62,406 nucleotides of DNA, filler included, from Vannella sp. (GCA_023345925.1; 8 parts of 8 records of this genome joined end to end with filler, not necessarily neighbours in it); one strand, 5' to 3'. Counted from the whole stretch's first letter, positions 9,112-23,279 are shown. Numbers and translations are program-made. The notes: generated from the letters alone by a model not told the origin.

Positions 9112-11911
9112 CTAGTCAGACCACTCATCATTGTCGACCATGTCATTGAATTCAGAGTAGTTGGCGCCAACGGGAACGACAACCTCGCCTTCCTTGAAGT
9201 TGTTGGTGACCTTATTGAAGAAGCCGTCCATCACTTGCTCCTTGGAGACGCCACCAGTCCCACGTTTGGCCTGCTCTGCATCAAAGTCGTACTTGCGCTC
9301 ACGCTCGATCTCAGGGGCCTCGGATAAGTTGGTCATATCTGCTGGCTTGTAACTCTTCACGGGTCTTTGAGCGTTTCGTCCTTGCATCCAAGCTTGTGCG
9401 GTCAGTGCAGGCTCATCGGTTGGCATGTCAGTGTAGATGTCATCCTGGAAGAACTCTTTCTAGAAAGGGAGGAAAGTGAGGAGAAGCGCGAGACAGAGGG
9501 AATGCAGATTCACTTACTCTGGTGCGTGGAACAGTGAAAGAGAGAGGTTGGACGTTCTTAGTAGTGAGCTTGAGCATGTACGCAATCTCCACATTACGGA
9601 CATCACACGAGCGACGAGGAAGGACAGCCACACCGACTTGAGGCTCTGCAGTTTGGAACTTACTGAGCAAGTGAGCAAAAGGTGCCTCGTCCACAATCTC
9701 AAAGTAAGAGATCGTTCCATCACCCTTTCCAAGGATGTAGAGGATGCTGGTGCCCTCGTCAAAGTAAGGAGTGATAACACCCGAAGCAGTGTCCAAGGCA
9801 ATGGTGCCCACAGGCTCACTGAAACGTCGCACATCCCAAATAGAGAACTGACGCTCGCTAGTCTTCGAGAAGCCAGCGCTAATGATCTTGTCCTGCCCTC
9901 CCATCCAAGTAATCTTGGTGGACTTGGCGCCCTGATGGCAGTCCGCCTCTGCTGTTACCGTGTTGGATCGAGGATCGCACACGCGGAGCTTCTTATCCTT
10001 CGAGGCAGCAGCAAAGCAGCTTCCGTTGTAGTTCCATTGGAGGCTCTGCACGTAGTCAGGGATGCCTTTGAAGGTACTGGTGGCCTCTGTAGAGGCTTCA
10101 ATGTCCCAAAGCTTGACTGTCATGTCATAAGAGGCAGAAGCGAGCAGAGAGGAAGCGACGGGGTTGAAGGTTGTGAAGATCACCTTCGAGTAGTGACCAC
10201 TTAAGGTGGTCTCAGCGGTCCGATAGTTAGTCTTCTGACTAGACAGGCCAACAGGAACCTTCCAGATCTTCACCTGGGCGTTCTCCAAGCCTGTGGCGAG
10301 GATGTCATCGTTGAAAGGGTTCCAGTCCAGATCTAACTGGTTGGATCCGCACTCAATCAAGCCAGGAGTGTCAGAGACACGATAAGGCTTGGTGATATCA
10401 AACACACCAACCAAGCCACCCGCTCCACTCCAAGGCACACAGAACCACTTCTTGTTGGCCTTGATGGACTCCGTCTCTGAAGAGGAGTTGTCCGCTTTGA
10501 CGTTCTCGAAGAACTGGCTGCGTTGAACGAACTTGCCAGCCACGTGGCGGTACTTGGAAGAGCGCACGATGTTGAGCTTGGGCAGCTCCTTCTTGCTGGC
10601 GCGGGCTTCTTCCTCACTTGCAAGGCGTTCAGCCTCTTCAGCGTCCTTCTTTGACTGCTCCTGTTCCGCTTCAGTGACTCCTGCGGTCTCTGGGTGCAGG
10701 CTGACTAACACAGGGTCAGCATTCGAGCCCTGGAACCAAGCACTGGCGTCCAGGGCGGCGATGGGACCGGGAGTGTTGGGGAAGAGGTCGTCAGCAAAGT
10801 GTACCTTGGATTTGCGAGGCACTGTGAAAGAGACAGGTGCCACAGCGTTGGCAGTGAGCTTGAGGACCCTGGCAACCTCGCAGGCCATCACATTCAGGCT
10901 TCGCTTGGGTGCGAGGCAAGCAGACTTGGTGGGCACGTCAGACACGCACTGAGCAAGCTCACTAAGGTCTCCTTCACTGTGCTCAAAGCAGCGGATGTTG
11001 CCGTCGCCCATACCAGCCAAGAAGAGCATGTCAGTGTCGCCATCGTAAAGAGGTTCCAGGATGCCCGTGGAAGAGTCAATGTTGATGGTCTTCACTGGTT
11101 TGTTGAGTTCTCTTTGATCCCAAACCATCAACTGGCGCTCTCGCATACGAGAGAAGCCGGTAGTGGCAAAGAAAGAAGACTTTCCTAACCAAACAGCCCG
11201 AGAAGCTTTCACTCCTTGGTGTCCTTCTACCTGCTTCTCACCAACGTCTAGTTAGTTCGTAAAACCAATCAAGGATCACGAAGAACCAACCTGAACAGCC
11301 TGTTGTGCACGAGGGTCCCAGATGGAGACAGTCTTGTTGGCTGTAGTCGCAGCAAAGAGACTTCCGTTGTAGTTCCACGATAGCCCTTGAATGAAGCCAT
11401 CTAGCTCACTTCGGAGGGATGCACGTCCAGCTTCTACGTCCCACACGAGTGCTTGTCCGTCGTTGCCACCCGAAAGGAGAACATTGGAGGCTGTTGGGTG
11501 CCAGCGAAGGACTGCCACACGTTTCTTGTGGTCTTGAAGGTCTGCTCGAGCCTCAGAGAGGTCTTTTGTGAGCCCTTCGGCGGGGAGAGACCACAAACGG
11601 AGGCGACCATCATCAGCTCCTGTCGCCAGAAGGTTGTCGTCATGTGGGGAGAACTGCAAATCGAAGATTTGGGCAGAGTGAGCGTGAATCTTAGCAGGCT
11701 CTGTCTTCTGCTTGCCTGTCTGAGAGGAAGCGAGGACAGAAACGGCGTTTCCGCTTTCAAAGACCACCGCCACATGCTGGGTAGATGCTGCGATGCATTG
11801 GGCATCGGATGCGGACACAGAAGGACGAAGGTCGACCATCCACTCATCTCTGCGAGCCAATAGCCCAGTGGCATGACGGTACTTTGATGAGTTGCGGAAC
11901 CGAGACGACAT
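9112..11911 (-). CDS. CORO7: Coronin-7 (tandem coronin), 2 introns
   Basis: Two coronin WD propellers, each starting SKY/FRH, with signatures GDGNIR/GDGTIS and SFTVPR. Acidic C-terminal DNDEWSD tail. Confidence 0.93.
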
Positions 11912-12224
11912 CAGAAAGGCAGGAAAGAAGTGAGCCGTTTGAGCCCACAAAGATGGATCATGTTCACTTGAGAAAGAGTTTATTGCCAAAGAGAGAGAGT
12001 TCATACAAGGACGACAGTGTAGATCTGAGAAGACAGGTTAGTTTTCAAGTGACAAAGGATCATGCGCTTGGAGGGTAGGAAGATGTCAGTATTTTACATC
12101 TATAGTTACTATCATCTTGGTTCAATGTAGCTGGTTGGGTCATCACGATGATCCCACCCATCCAAGCGCGCATGCAACTCACCTCGACAGAAAAAAAGTG
12201 ATTGCCAGGACAAATTTCTGAAAG

Positions 12225-12324
12225 NNNNNNNNNNNNNNNNNNNNNNNNNNNNNNNNNNNNNNNNNNNNTTAATTAATTAANNNNNNNNNNNNNNNNNNNN
12301 NNNNNNNNNNNNNNNNNNNNNNNN
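12225..12324. other. Artificial contig linker
   Basis: N44-TTAATTAATTAA-N44, stops in all six frames. Confidence 0.98.
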
Positions 12325-12797
12325 TGAGGGTGCGAAAGGAGAAGGAACAAGAAAGTGAATCGTTATGGAGTGAAAGGAAGCTTGTCTTACGGAATGCAGA
12401 AGCGTCTGGTCTACGTCCAGATTCCAAAAGGGCTTCAGTTCGCGAAGACGCTGGAGAGAACTTCTCAATTCAGCATTGCCGTTCAAGTCCTGTGATGATG
12501 TTGGCCATTTCTAGGAGTGTTAAGTGGGTAGGAAGAGTATCCGCCTTGTTGGTTTCACTTTTGATGCACCATTAGCCGCCCTTCATGGACCATGCATCTG
12601 GTCACAAAGACTTTCTACCAACCAGGATGGAGAGAAAAGAATGGGGAGCGAAGAAAAGGATAAAATGAAGGGAAAGAAGATCTGTTTTCATTTCTCATTC
12701 ATCCTAAACCTGAGGGAAGCGGAAAGCGGGCCCACCTTCCCTTTGCGTTTAGGACTGAGCTCATTACTTTCAACTTCCGTGTTTACTAATGGCGCAT

Positions 12798-13394
12798 CTA
12801 CTTGCGGATATGGCCCAAAGTGGACTGATAAAGGAGAGTGGCATCGCGATGAGCAGTTTGGACTAGTTCGGTGTTGAACTGTTCGGTCTCTGCGAATTGC
12901 TGCTTCTGAGCAAGAAGAGTTCGATGTTCTTGATCGTATATGTCTTGTCTGTACTCGTCAAAGCTGTCCCTCATGTCGTTCATCGACTGGTCGCTTTCAA
13001 AGGAGGTGTTGATGATCGCCAACGAGAGCTCGTCGAGTACTGCATCTGTTTCGACCACCACGCTTTGTCGGACAATAAGAGAGCGTTCATTCTGCTTGCC
13101 GCGGCCTCGTCCTCTCCTTCCATTTCCAGGCTTTGGTGGTCCCCCTCGCGGCTCCTGAGGCGCGTCTTCGCGTGAGCTCCGGGTCTGGTCATAGCTCTTC
13201 CCTCGACCTCTTCCTCGACCTCTTCCTTGCCCTCTGTTCCCTCCTCGCTTTCCTCCTCTCCTTCCTCCCCGTTCTGGTTGATTCGTCGAAGCTTCCGTTT
13301 CCAGACGAGGAACTTCCATCACAGGCGACTCCAGAGTGCTTTCTAAGCCTCCCATCATGACTACTGGTTTCAAATGATCCTTCCTGACCCTCAT
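12798..13394 (-). CDS. Hypothetical RG/RGG-rich protein
   Basis: 198-aa ORF with RGGRRGGKRGG and GRGRGRGRG tracts followed by a helical acidic segment. Confidence 0.5.
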   Translation of the reverse strand: MRVRKDHLKPVVMMGGLESTLESPVMEVPRLETEASTNQPERGGRRGGKRGGNRGQGRGRGRGRGKSYDQTRSSREDAPQEPRGGPPKPGNGRRGRGRGKQNERSLIVRQSVVVETDAVLDELSLAIINTSFESDQSMNDMRDSFDEYRQDIYDQEHRTLLAQKQQFAETEQFNTELVQTAHRDATLLYQSTLGHIRK

Positions 13395-13523
13395 CTCCTC
13401 ATATCCCCCATAGGCACTTATGACGTGATTATGACAAAGTGGGGGGACGTGAGAAGGATCTGAGGGGAAGTATTAGGTGGCTCGGATTGCAAATAGTAAC
13501 TGGATCTTCATTTTTTGATCTTG

Positions 13524-16500
13524 ATGGACGACGAGCCATCGAAGTACAATCAGGACAGCAACGTTATCCCAAAGAGACGGCGAATTCGGAAGCCGCGGAA
13601 TCGGGTGAAGACTCCTGTCTTGGGTGGAGAAGAGGGCGAAGTTGAAGGCAACGATCCAAGCACTGTTGGGGAGCTGGATACCAATTCTGTTCCCAAGAAG
13701 CGCAAACGGAATCGGAAGCCGAGAAAACGCAAGACAACCGTTGTTGGAAACACTGATGGAGAACAGGCTGAGGAGGAGGACGAAGAGGGTGAAGAGGATG
13801 AGCCTCAGAAGGTAGACCTGGAGGTATCGATTCCTCAAAAGGTGAAGGCCAAAGACATTCTGGCGTGGAATACCTCTCAATGCCTCGTGGAACTTTTGGA
13901 TCTGAAGGAGTGGATTGGGAGTCACTGTGAGGCTCGTCGGCGTGAGCTGGAGGAAGAGTTGCGTTTCTTGAATGTCAATGATGCTTGCCTTTCTGCCAAT
14001 AGAACAACGGCAGAGGTGCAACGAGCGAAAGAGGCCAGAGATGAGATTCTCGCCAAACAAGGAGACTGGACTGAGGTCTCTCGAGAAGGACTCCGCTTTT
14101 GTAAAGCTTCTATTCTTCGCATGCAGGACCTTCAATCCCACGACAACATTTCGCCAACTTCTGTCCGTGTCTTTCAGGACCTTGTGAAGCGGGAGAAAGC
14201 CCGAATAACCGAGAGTTTACCATTCTTGAGGTTTCGTAGCAAGCTGCTGGACACGATTCAGTCATCCCAAGTTTCCGTGATAATCGGAGAGACCGGCTCT
14301 GGTAAGAGTACTCAAATGGCGCAGTACATCCTCGACGAGCTTGATCCGAAGAAGAAGATTGTCGTCACACAACCAAGGCGTGTTGCAGCTTCCTCGCTGA
14401 GCCAGAGATTAGGAAAGGGCTACTTCTATGGAGATCTAGTGACAAGCCAGAGCAGCCCTGCAGCACTTGAGAGCGCATCTATCCACTTCATGACGGACAC
14501 TCGCCTGCTCTTCCATCCTGACATTGCCAGGGACTATTCCTACATCATTATCGACGAGGCCCATGAGCGTTCCATCGACACTGATCTGTTGATAGCAAAC
14601 TGCAAGAAGCTGGTGTCTGAGAATCCCGATCTCCGCCTCATCATCACTTCAGCCACTATCGATCCAGCCCTCTTCCAGCGCTATTTCAATGGCTGCCCTG
14701 TGCTGCGCGTACCTGGACGTACCTTTCCAGTGGATGTGGAGTATGAAGAGTCTCAGCCTGATTTTGTTACCCACGCAGCAAATAAGGCCATGGCAATCTA
14801 CAGAAGCGGAGTTCCAGGAGACATTCTAGTTTTCCTGACGGGGCAGAAGGAAGTCTCCACAGCGAAAGCCAAGTTTGAAAAATTGGCTAAGGGAGGACTA
14901 GCTGTAGCTCTTGAGCTCCACGGAAAGCTCTCGGATGCGGAACAGGGTCTTATCTTCAAGGACACTCCCGAACGCAAAGTCATCTTTTCCACCAATCTGG
15001 CCGAGACTTCGCTGACTCTCCCAGGAGTGAAGCATGTGATCGACACAGGACTAATGAAAGAAAAGGTCTACAATCCAGACCTAAATCTGTCCATTTTGAA
15101 ACAAGTTCCCATCACCCAGAGTTCTGCCACTCAGCGTGCTGGTCGTGCTGGTCGAGTATCTCCTGGGCAATGTTATCGTCTCTATTCGGAGAGAGACTTC
15201 CGTGCTCGAGAAACCAACTCTTGTCCTGAGATCCTCCGATGTGATCTAAGCCTTGCAATCCTCAAATTGATCAATCTGGGCTACTCCGAAGTGCGTTCCT
15301 TTGATTTTGTGGAGCGCCCATCAGCGAGTGCGGTAGAAAAGAGCATTCTAACTCTTCTGCTTCATGAGGCTATCACGGCTAAGACCTCCAATCACTTTGC
15401 ATTGACTCGTACTGGGAGACTCGTCTTGGACATGCAATTGCCAGTAACTCTTGGGAAGGTTGTCCTCCTCGGAATGGAAGAGAAGATCGGGTATGATGCC
15501 ATTACTTTGGCCTCCTTGCTCATGCATTGCGGTAATCTCTATTGGGGATCTTCTAAGCTGACTAAACAAGAAAACCTGGACCGGGATGTCAAGCTTCATC
15601 ACTTCGTCAAGGATTTTGGCGAAGTCCCAACCTTAATGAACATGTACAAGCAGTACACCGCCAAACGAGGAGGAACACAAGCGCAAGTTGCCAAGTGGTG
15701 CAAAGAGAATTACGTGGTCAAGAAGTCCATGGAGATGGTTTGGCATACGATCGAGGATATCAAGACTGTCTTAAGCTACGAGAAGTTTCCAGATAACGCG
15801 TGGGGATTTGCTGATGACGTGTCAGATCCGCGCCTCCGAAAGATCTTTGCAATGGCTTTCTGTGAGTCAGTCGCTGTGTATACTGGAAGTGAACGCGTTG
15901 GCTATTGTGCCTTGGGTGCCAATTCCAAAGCCAAGATCCAGTTCGGTTCTGCTTTGCAGCTTGCTGCAGAGAGACCAGAGTGGATCTGCTTCTACTCGAT
16001 GCAAAGCTTCAACGGAAAAGAGTCCGGAATGGTCCTTTCCGCTGCAACAGAAATTGATCCAAATTGGTTCTCAGAGATCCCCCTCTTCGCAAGTCGTTAC
16101 AATTTGACCAAATTCAAAGAAGATAACGTCTATGATCAGCTGGTCGTTCCTATTAGCTCAGCAATGCAGGATTATTTCAGTAACAACTTGTGGCTTCTCC
16201 GCCAGTTGGAGGCAGAGTTCTCTTGTGAGGTTGTCTTGAAACCCTGCTCTCTCATCGCTCTTGGAAGTTGCAATCACTGGTTGCCATCAAGATCCAGAGC
16301 TCTTACGGCTCAAGTGGAGAAGGTTCGAGTAGAGATCTCAAGTATTGTTGATCTTATCCCCATCAGCCACGACGACACGCAAGTGGTTGGAGCTGGGGGC
16401 CGAACAACATCCTTGATGGGAAAAGATTCCGTCATTCGCCTCAAAGTGACACACAGTGTGCCTGACGTCACAGAGGCCGATGTCCGAGCTGCTCTTTACC

Positions 16501-17324
16501 TCTCGAAGATTAGAAAGGTGACCCTGATTCCGGCCAAATTCGCCATTGTGGAGCTTCAACAGGTAGTCTCCAGAGAGAGTCTTCAAAAGACTTGCGTTCT
16601 ACTCGGCCGATCGTGTGAGGTCACTGCATTCTCTGTCTCAACTGCGTCGCATTTGAAAGCAATTGAGGCTAAAATCAAAGTGTCCTGGGCAGCCGGACCT
16701 TGCAACGGAAAAGGGAGGATTTTCCTGAATGACTTGGAATCCATCCCAGAGTACTTTCGCCGAACTCCCAAGGCTAATTTGAGTCTCGAGAACTTAATCA
16801 TCTCCTACCAAGTGGATGGCAACATTGTCCGCCTGTCCAACTTGCCCTCTTGGATGGATGAACTCCGGTTGGCAAAGCTGCTTTCCCAAAATACCATCAA
16901 GGGCATCATTATCTACAGGGACAACATCCCAACATTCAATGCCGCTGCTGCCCAGAGCGAGTTAAGACTCCTCCTTTGTCTTCCTACCACTTGTGGGGTT
17001 CATGTCACCTCTACCAAGCAAGGCTGGATCGAAGCGAAATGCGAAAAGTACGATTCTACAAACCTCATCCGCGCTCAGAGTCGGGCTGCACTTGCCATCC
17101 AACTCGGGCAACTTACCAAACACTATGAACCCTTCTTCGGGTGGTGGCATCGCTTCGATAATCGTCCATTTATTATATGCAAGAACCGCATCAGAACCAT
17201 CTGCACTCAGCACTCTAGAAACGGAACTCATTGTCAACTGGAGGACAAGAAATGCAGTATTCGGGTCAGTTCTCCAGACTTTAGCAGTATCAGCAGATTC
17301 TTGGAAGCAGTTTCCAAAGAATAC
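13524..17324 (+). CDS. DEAH-box RNA helicase with long C-terminal extension (DEAH11/12-like), 3' truncated
   Basis: GETGSGKSTQ, TQPRRVAA, DEAH, SAT, STNLAETSLT and QRAGRAGR motifs, then an HA2/OB region. The frame stays open to the contig end. Confidence 0.92.
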
Positions 17325-17424
17325 NNNNNNNNNNNNNNNNNNNNNNNNNNNNNNNNNNNNNNNNNNNNTTAATTAATTAANNNNNNNNNNNNNNNNNNNN
17401 NNNNNNNNNNNNNNNNNNNNNNNN
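17325..17424. other. Artificial contig linker
   Basis: N44-TTAATTAATTAA-N44. Confidence 0.98.
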
Positions 17425-20400
17425 CTGGATCTTTTGTTTCACTTGTTCCCAAAGACTCTGAGATAACCGCTGAGTTAAATGTCAGAAGCATGGAGAGTTC
17501 TTACCATTCGCTCCTCAGATACCTCTGGTAACTTGTTGTCTTCTTGCCTACGAACTAGAGAATAGCATTCCTGGATAATAGAGCGATCTTTGGAGAGCCC
17601 ATTTGTCTCGCAGAACTCTCTGGCTGAATCGAATTGTCCTGTTTGTAAAAGCAAGGTCTCAATAGCCTCAAATGAAGTGTCCAAATTCACGATACCTAAT
17701 CGACTCTTCTCCGAAATGGCGAAAATAATCTGCCAATGATTCCACTTCTTTGTAATGGGATGCTCCACCGCAATTTCAAGAAGCTTTCGCTTTTCAAACG
17801 TGGTAGCGCCCACTAAGAGCTGCTCGACAGCCTGTAGTGTCAAGTTGTACAAGTTTTCGTTGCTTTTTTCAACCTCAAGCTGCTGCTGTATCTTTCCCAA
17901 AGCCTCACAGGCGATATCAAATTGTCTCTGTTGGAAGGATCTGTAAAAGCGTGCCAGCTCCCAAATGTAATGTCCAGGGTTGATAATGGCCAGCGCTCGC
18001 TGGACCTCAACAGATAGCTCATGTGAGAAGTACCACAAAGTAATAATAGCCAGTGCTTTTTCGATCTCAAGAATTGGTTCGTCATCCAAGGAGAGCAGCG
18101 GAGGGCGGGGGCGAAAGAGAATTCCCTCCACAAGAGGAGAATAAGTGGAGTCCATAGGACATGTTGGAGACAAGTAAAGCCACAAAAGCAGCAATAAAGA
18201 GCTGTAAGTGGTTGCTAAGTGCTGAGAGGCAATGATAACATAAATTCGCTCCTCAAATAGGAAAGCCTGTTGCAGGTAGAAGAGCCCCAGCCGTTCTTTT
18301 GCCATTCCATTCGCAGCCCCTCCAACTTCTAATAGCAGGTGCTCAAGTACAGGACTAACTCTCTCAACTCCAATCCCACGGCGCTTTCTCTCTGCAGGAG
18401 CTGCGGCCAATAGTCGCATGCGGAGGGCGTCTTGGTCTTTTCCTGCTCCTTTTCGCAACCGCTTTTGCAAGATGAATTCCCCGAGAGATGCAGCCGGGCT
18501 CGTGCACGAAATTCTACCTAAAAGTGCTTCCAAGTCAGATTGAGGAACTTCCCACACCTGAACTTGATAGAAGAACTGAGCAACATCAAGAGATGACGCT
18601 AGTTCCTCTAAAGGAAGCATTGGGAGTGTGAGGTTGTGTTGTTCTGCAAAGCGGAATACCAGTTGCCATTTACTTGTGGACTGGTGAAGCGCATTTTCAC
18701 TCTTTCCCAGTGATTCAGTAGCTTGCTGTAACCAAGCGTATAGTTGCGGATCTACTGACTCCATCAATGAGCTACCGGCATTTTGCAGTTGCTTCAGGCT
18801 AACGCTTGGGGAATTGGAGCGGGAAATCCACTTGGAGATCCGAGATAAGGCCAATAGATTAACCTTCATAGCAACACTGTCCAAATGACAGAGATTAAGG
18901 AGTACCAGACAACTAGCGCATACTTTTTGGTCATCTAAGTGTGATAATACAACACGCCAAGTCCTCTCAGTCAAGTTTTTTGTAGCCTGTGACCATCTAG
19001 TGGGAGAAGAGAGGAATTGGAAAGCTTGGAATGGCTGCCCAGCAACCAGAAAGTATTCTACATCAAGCTGGTCACTCCAAACATCTCTTGAGAGCGAATG
19101 ATTGGCCTCCAGCATCGCCAAGAAAAAGTTTTCGGAGTTCTTTTGTGGTCTGGATGACTGCCTGAACCATTCTAGAGAACAGGAATGGAAGGGATCAGTA
19201 ACAAAGCTTTGATGGGCCTCCCAGACTGCCTCCCAAACCTGTTCTTCTTGAATATCATCAGATGACAAAGAATGGTAATGCGGGAAGAAGCCTGCTTTGT
19301 CAAGCAGTGCGCACTCGAGTCCCGGCATCTTCCGAGAGAGCTGCTGGTAGAACTCCGAGAATCCAGATTTTGCACCAGATTGGGACAGAATAGGGGACTG
19401 TGAGCACACCAAGATACCAAGTAGTGCCTCAGTGTGTCCCTGTGTTTGTAAAAGTTGGCAGATGCTCTCCAGGGAGGGTGATGGCATCTGTGTGACTCCA
19501 AATTCTAGCTCTACACTGGAAAGAGCGGCCTCTAAAATATTGTCTTCAGACGGCTTTTGGAGATAACGCATCAATCGGCTCCAAATTGGAATCGAAGCCT
19601 CTTTGTGAGGCACCACAATATCATGAAGTGACAGGGAATCAATGTACCTTTGCATGATTGCCGGTGCTTTCCACTGCTCCAGTCCTTCAATGATCGCCAG
19701 ACTTTCTGCTGGCTTAACAGGTGCTGAGAAGAGGAGTTCGCTCCGACTCTGAAGTGCAATAAGAGTCTTTGAATCGCTTGAAAGAAGACCTGGATCTATC
19801 AAACCACGTTTCGCAAGATTGAAAGAAAGCTCTTCTGCCAGTGCCGCTGACGCATTCGCCATCAGCTTGGGTAAAATGGAAGCCATCTCATCTGGCAAAA
19901 GATCTGGCCAACTACAGGGAGGGCTGGTGGCTTCTTGAGTCCAAGGTAGTGTGTCTAGCCAGGAACCGAAGCGAACAGGATCATCCAATCGGATTTGGAA
20001 ACGAAGCTGAGTGAGGAAACTGGCTGATTCGAGGGAGCTTTCATCTTTCTCCAATAGGATAGCATGACAATTGTCGTCTCCCCACTCAGTGAGCCAGGAG
20101 AGACTAAAGTGACCGTAACCTGATCGATCTCCTTCAAGGCGAGAGCTATCTTGAATCGGCTCTATCTCTATTCTCGTGGGCCCTTTCATCAGAGGCATTC
20201 CGATGGTAGTAATGAATTCAACAGTCTCTGGTTTAAGATCCTCCATGTCCATAAGCATCTCAGTTGCCGCGCTTAACTTGCACTGCATTTGGTGACTTGA
20301 AGCAACATTCTTGGTCATATCTGCAAGGTCGATGCAAATAGAGGAATGGCTGCTCCCATACGGTGAATCTGCAAATAGCTGTGAATCCCAGGAAGCCACT

Positions 20401-23183
20401 CTTTGTTGCTCCGACTGGCGTTTCATCAGCTCAAGCACCAAGTAAGGGTTAGGATAGGCACCCGCTAATTTACTCTCCCAAAGAAGTACTTCCGCAAGGT
20501 CACTGAGATCTTCGTTTTTCTTTTGTAGATACTCAACAATCGAGCTTCTCAAGTGGCGACGAGAAGTTGACACGAGAACGTCTTTGAGCATTGAGAGAGG
20601 ATTAACTCCCAAGTGAAGAAGCTGCGTATCTGCAGATTCCACATTCCCAGAAGTCAAGGTCTGATAAATTACGGAAAAGGCTGTTTGGGTGAACGAGTCA
20701 AAGCCGATGGAGTTCAAGCCTCCTTCCTGGCGGAGACTCAAAAAGCTCAATGCGGTCGAGATATTACCAGAAAGCAAGGCATCGTGAATAATATCCAGGT
20801 CTCCAATTTGATGGAATCTTTGGAACGAAGTGGCGAAGCTCACTTCCTTGTCAAGAACAGGAATGAGCTGTAATGGATCGGAATAAGATGAAACAGAAAG
20901 AGCTGCTTGGCGAATTGCTGATTTGCTAAATTCAGCGTGTTTCTTCAAACCATGGATAAGACGAAGTAAATGAGACATGAGAAACAGACTATCTTGAGTA
21001 CTGGTTGGTGGGGAGCGGAGTAAACTGACATAAGGCAAATCAGTTTCGCTTGGAAGCGCAGATAGTTGCTGATTCAGAATGGCTGCCTCAGCAAAGGGTA
21101 AAAGAGCAGAGGTTACTTGCATGTCAATACAGGGAGGAGGCGAGCATGACTCGCGGGAATTGAAAAAGCAACATACTTGTAAGAGGAAGGTCTTTGCTGT
21201 TTCCAAGACGAACCGATAAAACGAGTCAATTTTGTCCTGCTTTCTCGCACAAAGGAAGAGGATCAGCTGCTTAGTAGCATGGTGCCATTGCTGCTTGGTA
21301 AGTGCAGACAAAGCAGAAACAATGTAGTTGCGCTGTTGGAAGTGAATTCCAAGTCTGAAAGACAAAAGAGGAAGGTCTGCTTCCTCCCAGCCATTTAGAG
21401 TGCAGAGTAGGTTGGCAGCCTTCTCATTGCCATTCAACATCAGAGAATGAAGTATTTCAGTCTCGCCCTGTCCCCACAGCCAAGCGCTGATGAAGTGGTC
21501 AGTCCCACTGAAAGTGAGCAAGTTCAATGCGCTTTGTGCAACGCTAAGAAGAACATCTGATGGCTCAAGAGGAAGAGAGTGAAGTAATTGTAGCTGGGGA
21601 GAGAGTATCAATGCGATTCTGGCATTCCCCTTGCTCTCTTGGGCAACAGCAAAAATCTCTCGACCTCGAATTTGCACTTGGTTGATGTGAAAGCTGCCAG
21701 TGTGACCTTCTCTTAGATAATCTAGTGAACTTATGTCGAATATTGATCCCATTGGCTCAACATCAGGTTTGCTCGTCTCCAGTTGTGGAGAATTTTTGCT
21801 CTGACTTGTCTCTGACTTGTTCTTTACCGTGAATCCGTTGCAATCATGCTGGCGGCCCTTCGAAGCGGGAGCGCTCCAAGGTTGGTTGGAACGTTCTCTT
21901 CTGTTTGTCCCGTGATTCCGGGACTTGATATTCCCGTTGGACACCAATTGATACCAAGGGGTTCCTTTCGGCGTGTTCTCGTCAAATCTTGGGGAAACGG
22001 CGATCTGAAATTGGGGACCAGTGCGAAGAGGTCTTTTTGCAAGATGCTGCAAACGAAGAGACTCCGAAACACATACCGAACGCTTATAAGGTTTCAGAGT
22101 CAAATGACATCCATCATGATTGAAGCTGGCTCTCTGCTCCATCCGACTGAACCCATTCCTAGAATGCTTGCGACCAGAACCTATCTGGGCCGAATCTTGT
22201 GGCGGGAAGGTCGAAAAATAGGTATCCAGGTTGACGACAAACATCCTCTGCGAGCCACAGAGGAGGAACCAATCAAGACTCGAATCCACAACAAGGTCAA
22301 TTGGTTCCTCCTCCTGGAATATCTCCAGCTTGGGGGAGCAGATTCCGCCGTACTTCACGAGATCCACCTGTGCTGTTAGTCTCCCTTTGATGGCGTCAAA
22401 GATGGAGATGATCTTCGTGTCTGCCCAAGAGTCACTTCGGTGAAACAGCCAACGTCCTTTCACTGCAAGAAGGCGTGTTCCTTCGCTTGGGAAGAAGCCA
22501 GTCAGATCCATAGCATCCATTGTAGTAAGAGAGAAGTAAGCTATGAAGCGGCAGCCGGCTGAGTCCTCCAATTCAAGAACAAGAGACGATCCTTCAGCGA
22601 TAACTCGGCAGATTCGCTGTAGCTGGAGCTGAGAGTAGCCTTCAAGCGTCTTCACACATGTGAGTATTGTATCTAAAGGTAAAGACATGGAACAGATAGA
22701 AGCTTCGCCTGTTTCTGGGCCTTCGCGTATACATTCGCTCCTTATCCGAGGATAAGGATGGTGGCGACAAGGATGCTCAAGACTAACGCCACAGGAGAGT
22801 CTACTGGCTGTTTTGGCGAGTTGATGATTGAGCCCAATCGCTTGGTGGGACTCGTGAGGGAGAAAGAGAAGATGAACGATAGATTCTCCGATGTCCAGCC
22901 CACAGAGAGCAACTCCCTGTCGATAAGAAGAAGAAATAGAGTACGATGTTATCCATTGCATCTTCTCAGCTCGGATATCCTCCCAATGAAGCTGTTCCAA
23001 GTGAAGTAGTCCTCCCTCCTCAGCTTCGCTTCCCAACTGCATCTCTGCTGGACTGCTGTGATAGACACAGACCTTCCCACCCTCAAGGGAGTACATCCAC
23101 TGTCCTTCAGGAGAGAGCCCACCCACAGCAAAGTCCCCTAGAGGGGCAAGGGAGGCCAACCTCCGTAGTCGAGTGGCCACCAT
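17425..23183 (-). CDS. SPG11: Spatacsin (SPG11)-like AP-5 accessory protein, 3' truncated
   Basis: About 1900-aa ORF, propeller-like N-terminus plus helical solenoid. YFLVAGQPFQAF and WQLVFRFAEQHNL...LEELA resemble conserved spatacsin segments. The ORF runs into a donor site near the contig end. Confidence 0.7.
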
Positions 23184-23279
23184 CAACAAATGGCGTCGTA
23201 GATCGCTCGTTTATGGATTCAGGCATAATAAATAGGGAGGGGAGAGTGTCGGGGGAGGCAAGGGAGCGAGGAGGAGGGC

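Noticed and set aside
12225..12324. Recurring TTAATTAATTAA palindrome within N runs (7 times)
   Set aside because: Identical 100-bp artificial contig spacers, not biology. Gene order across them, and the ORFs ending in X or LIN, are artefacts.
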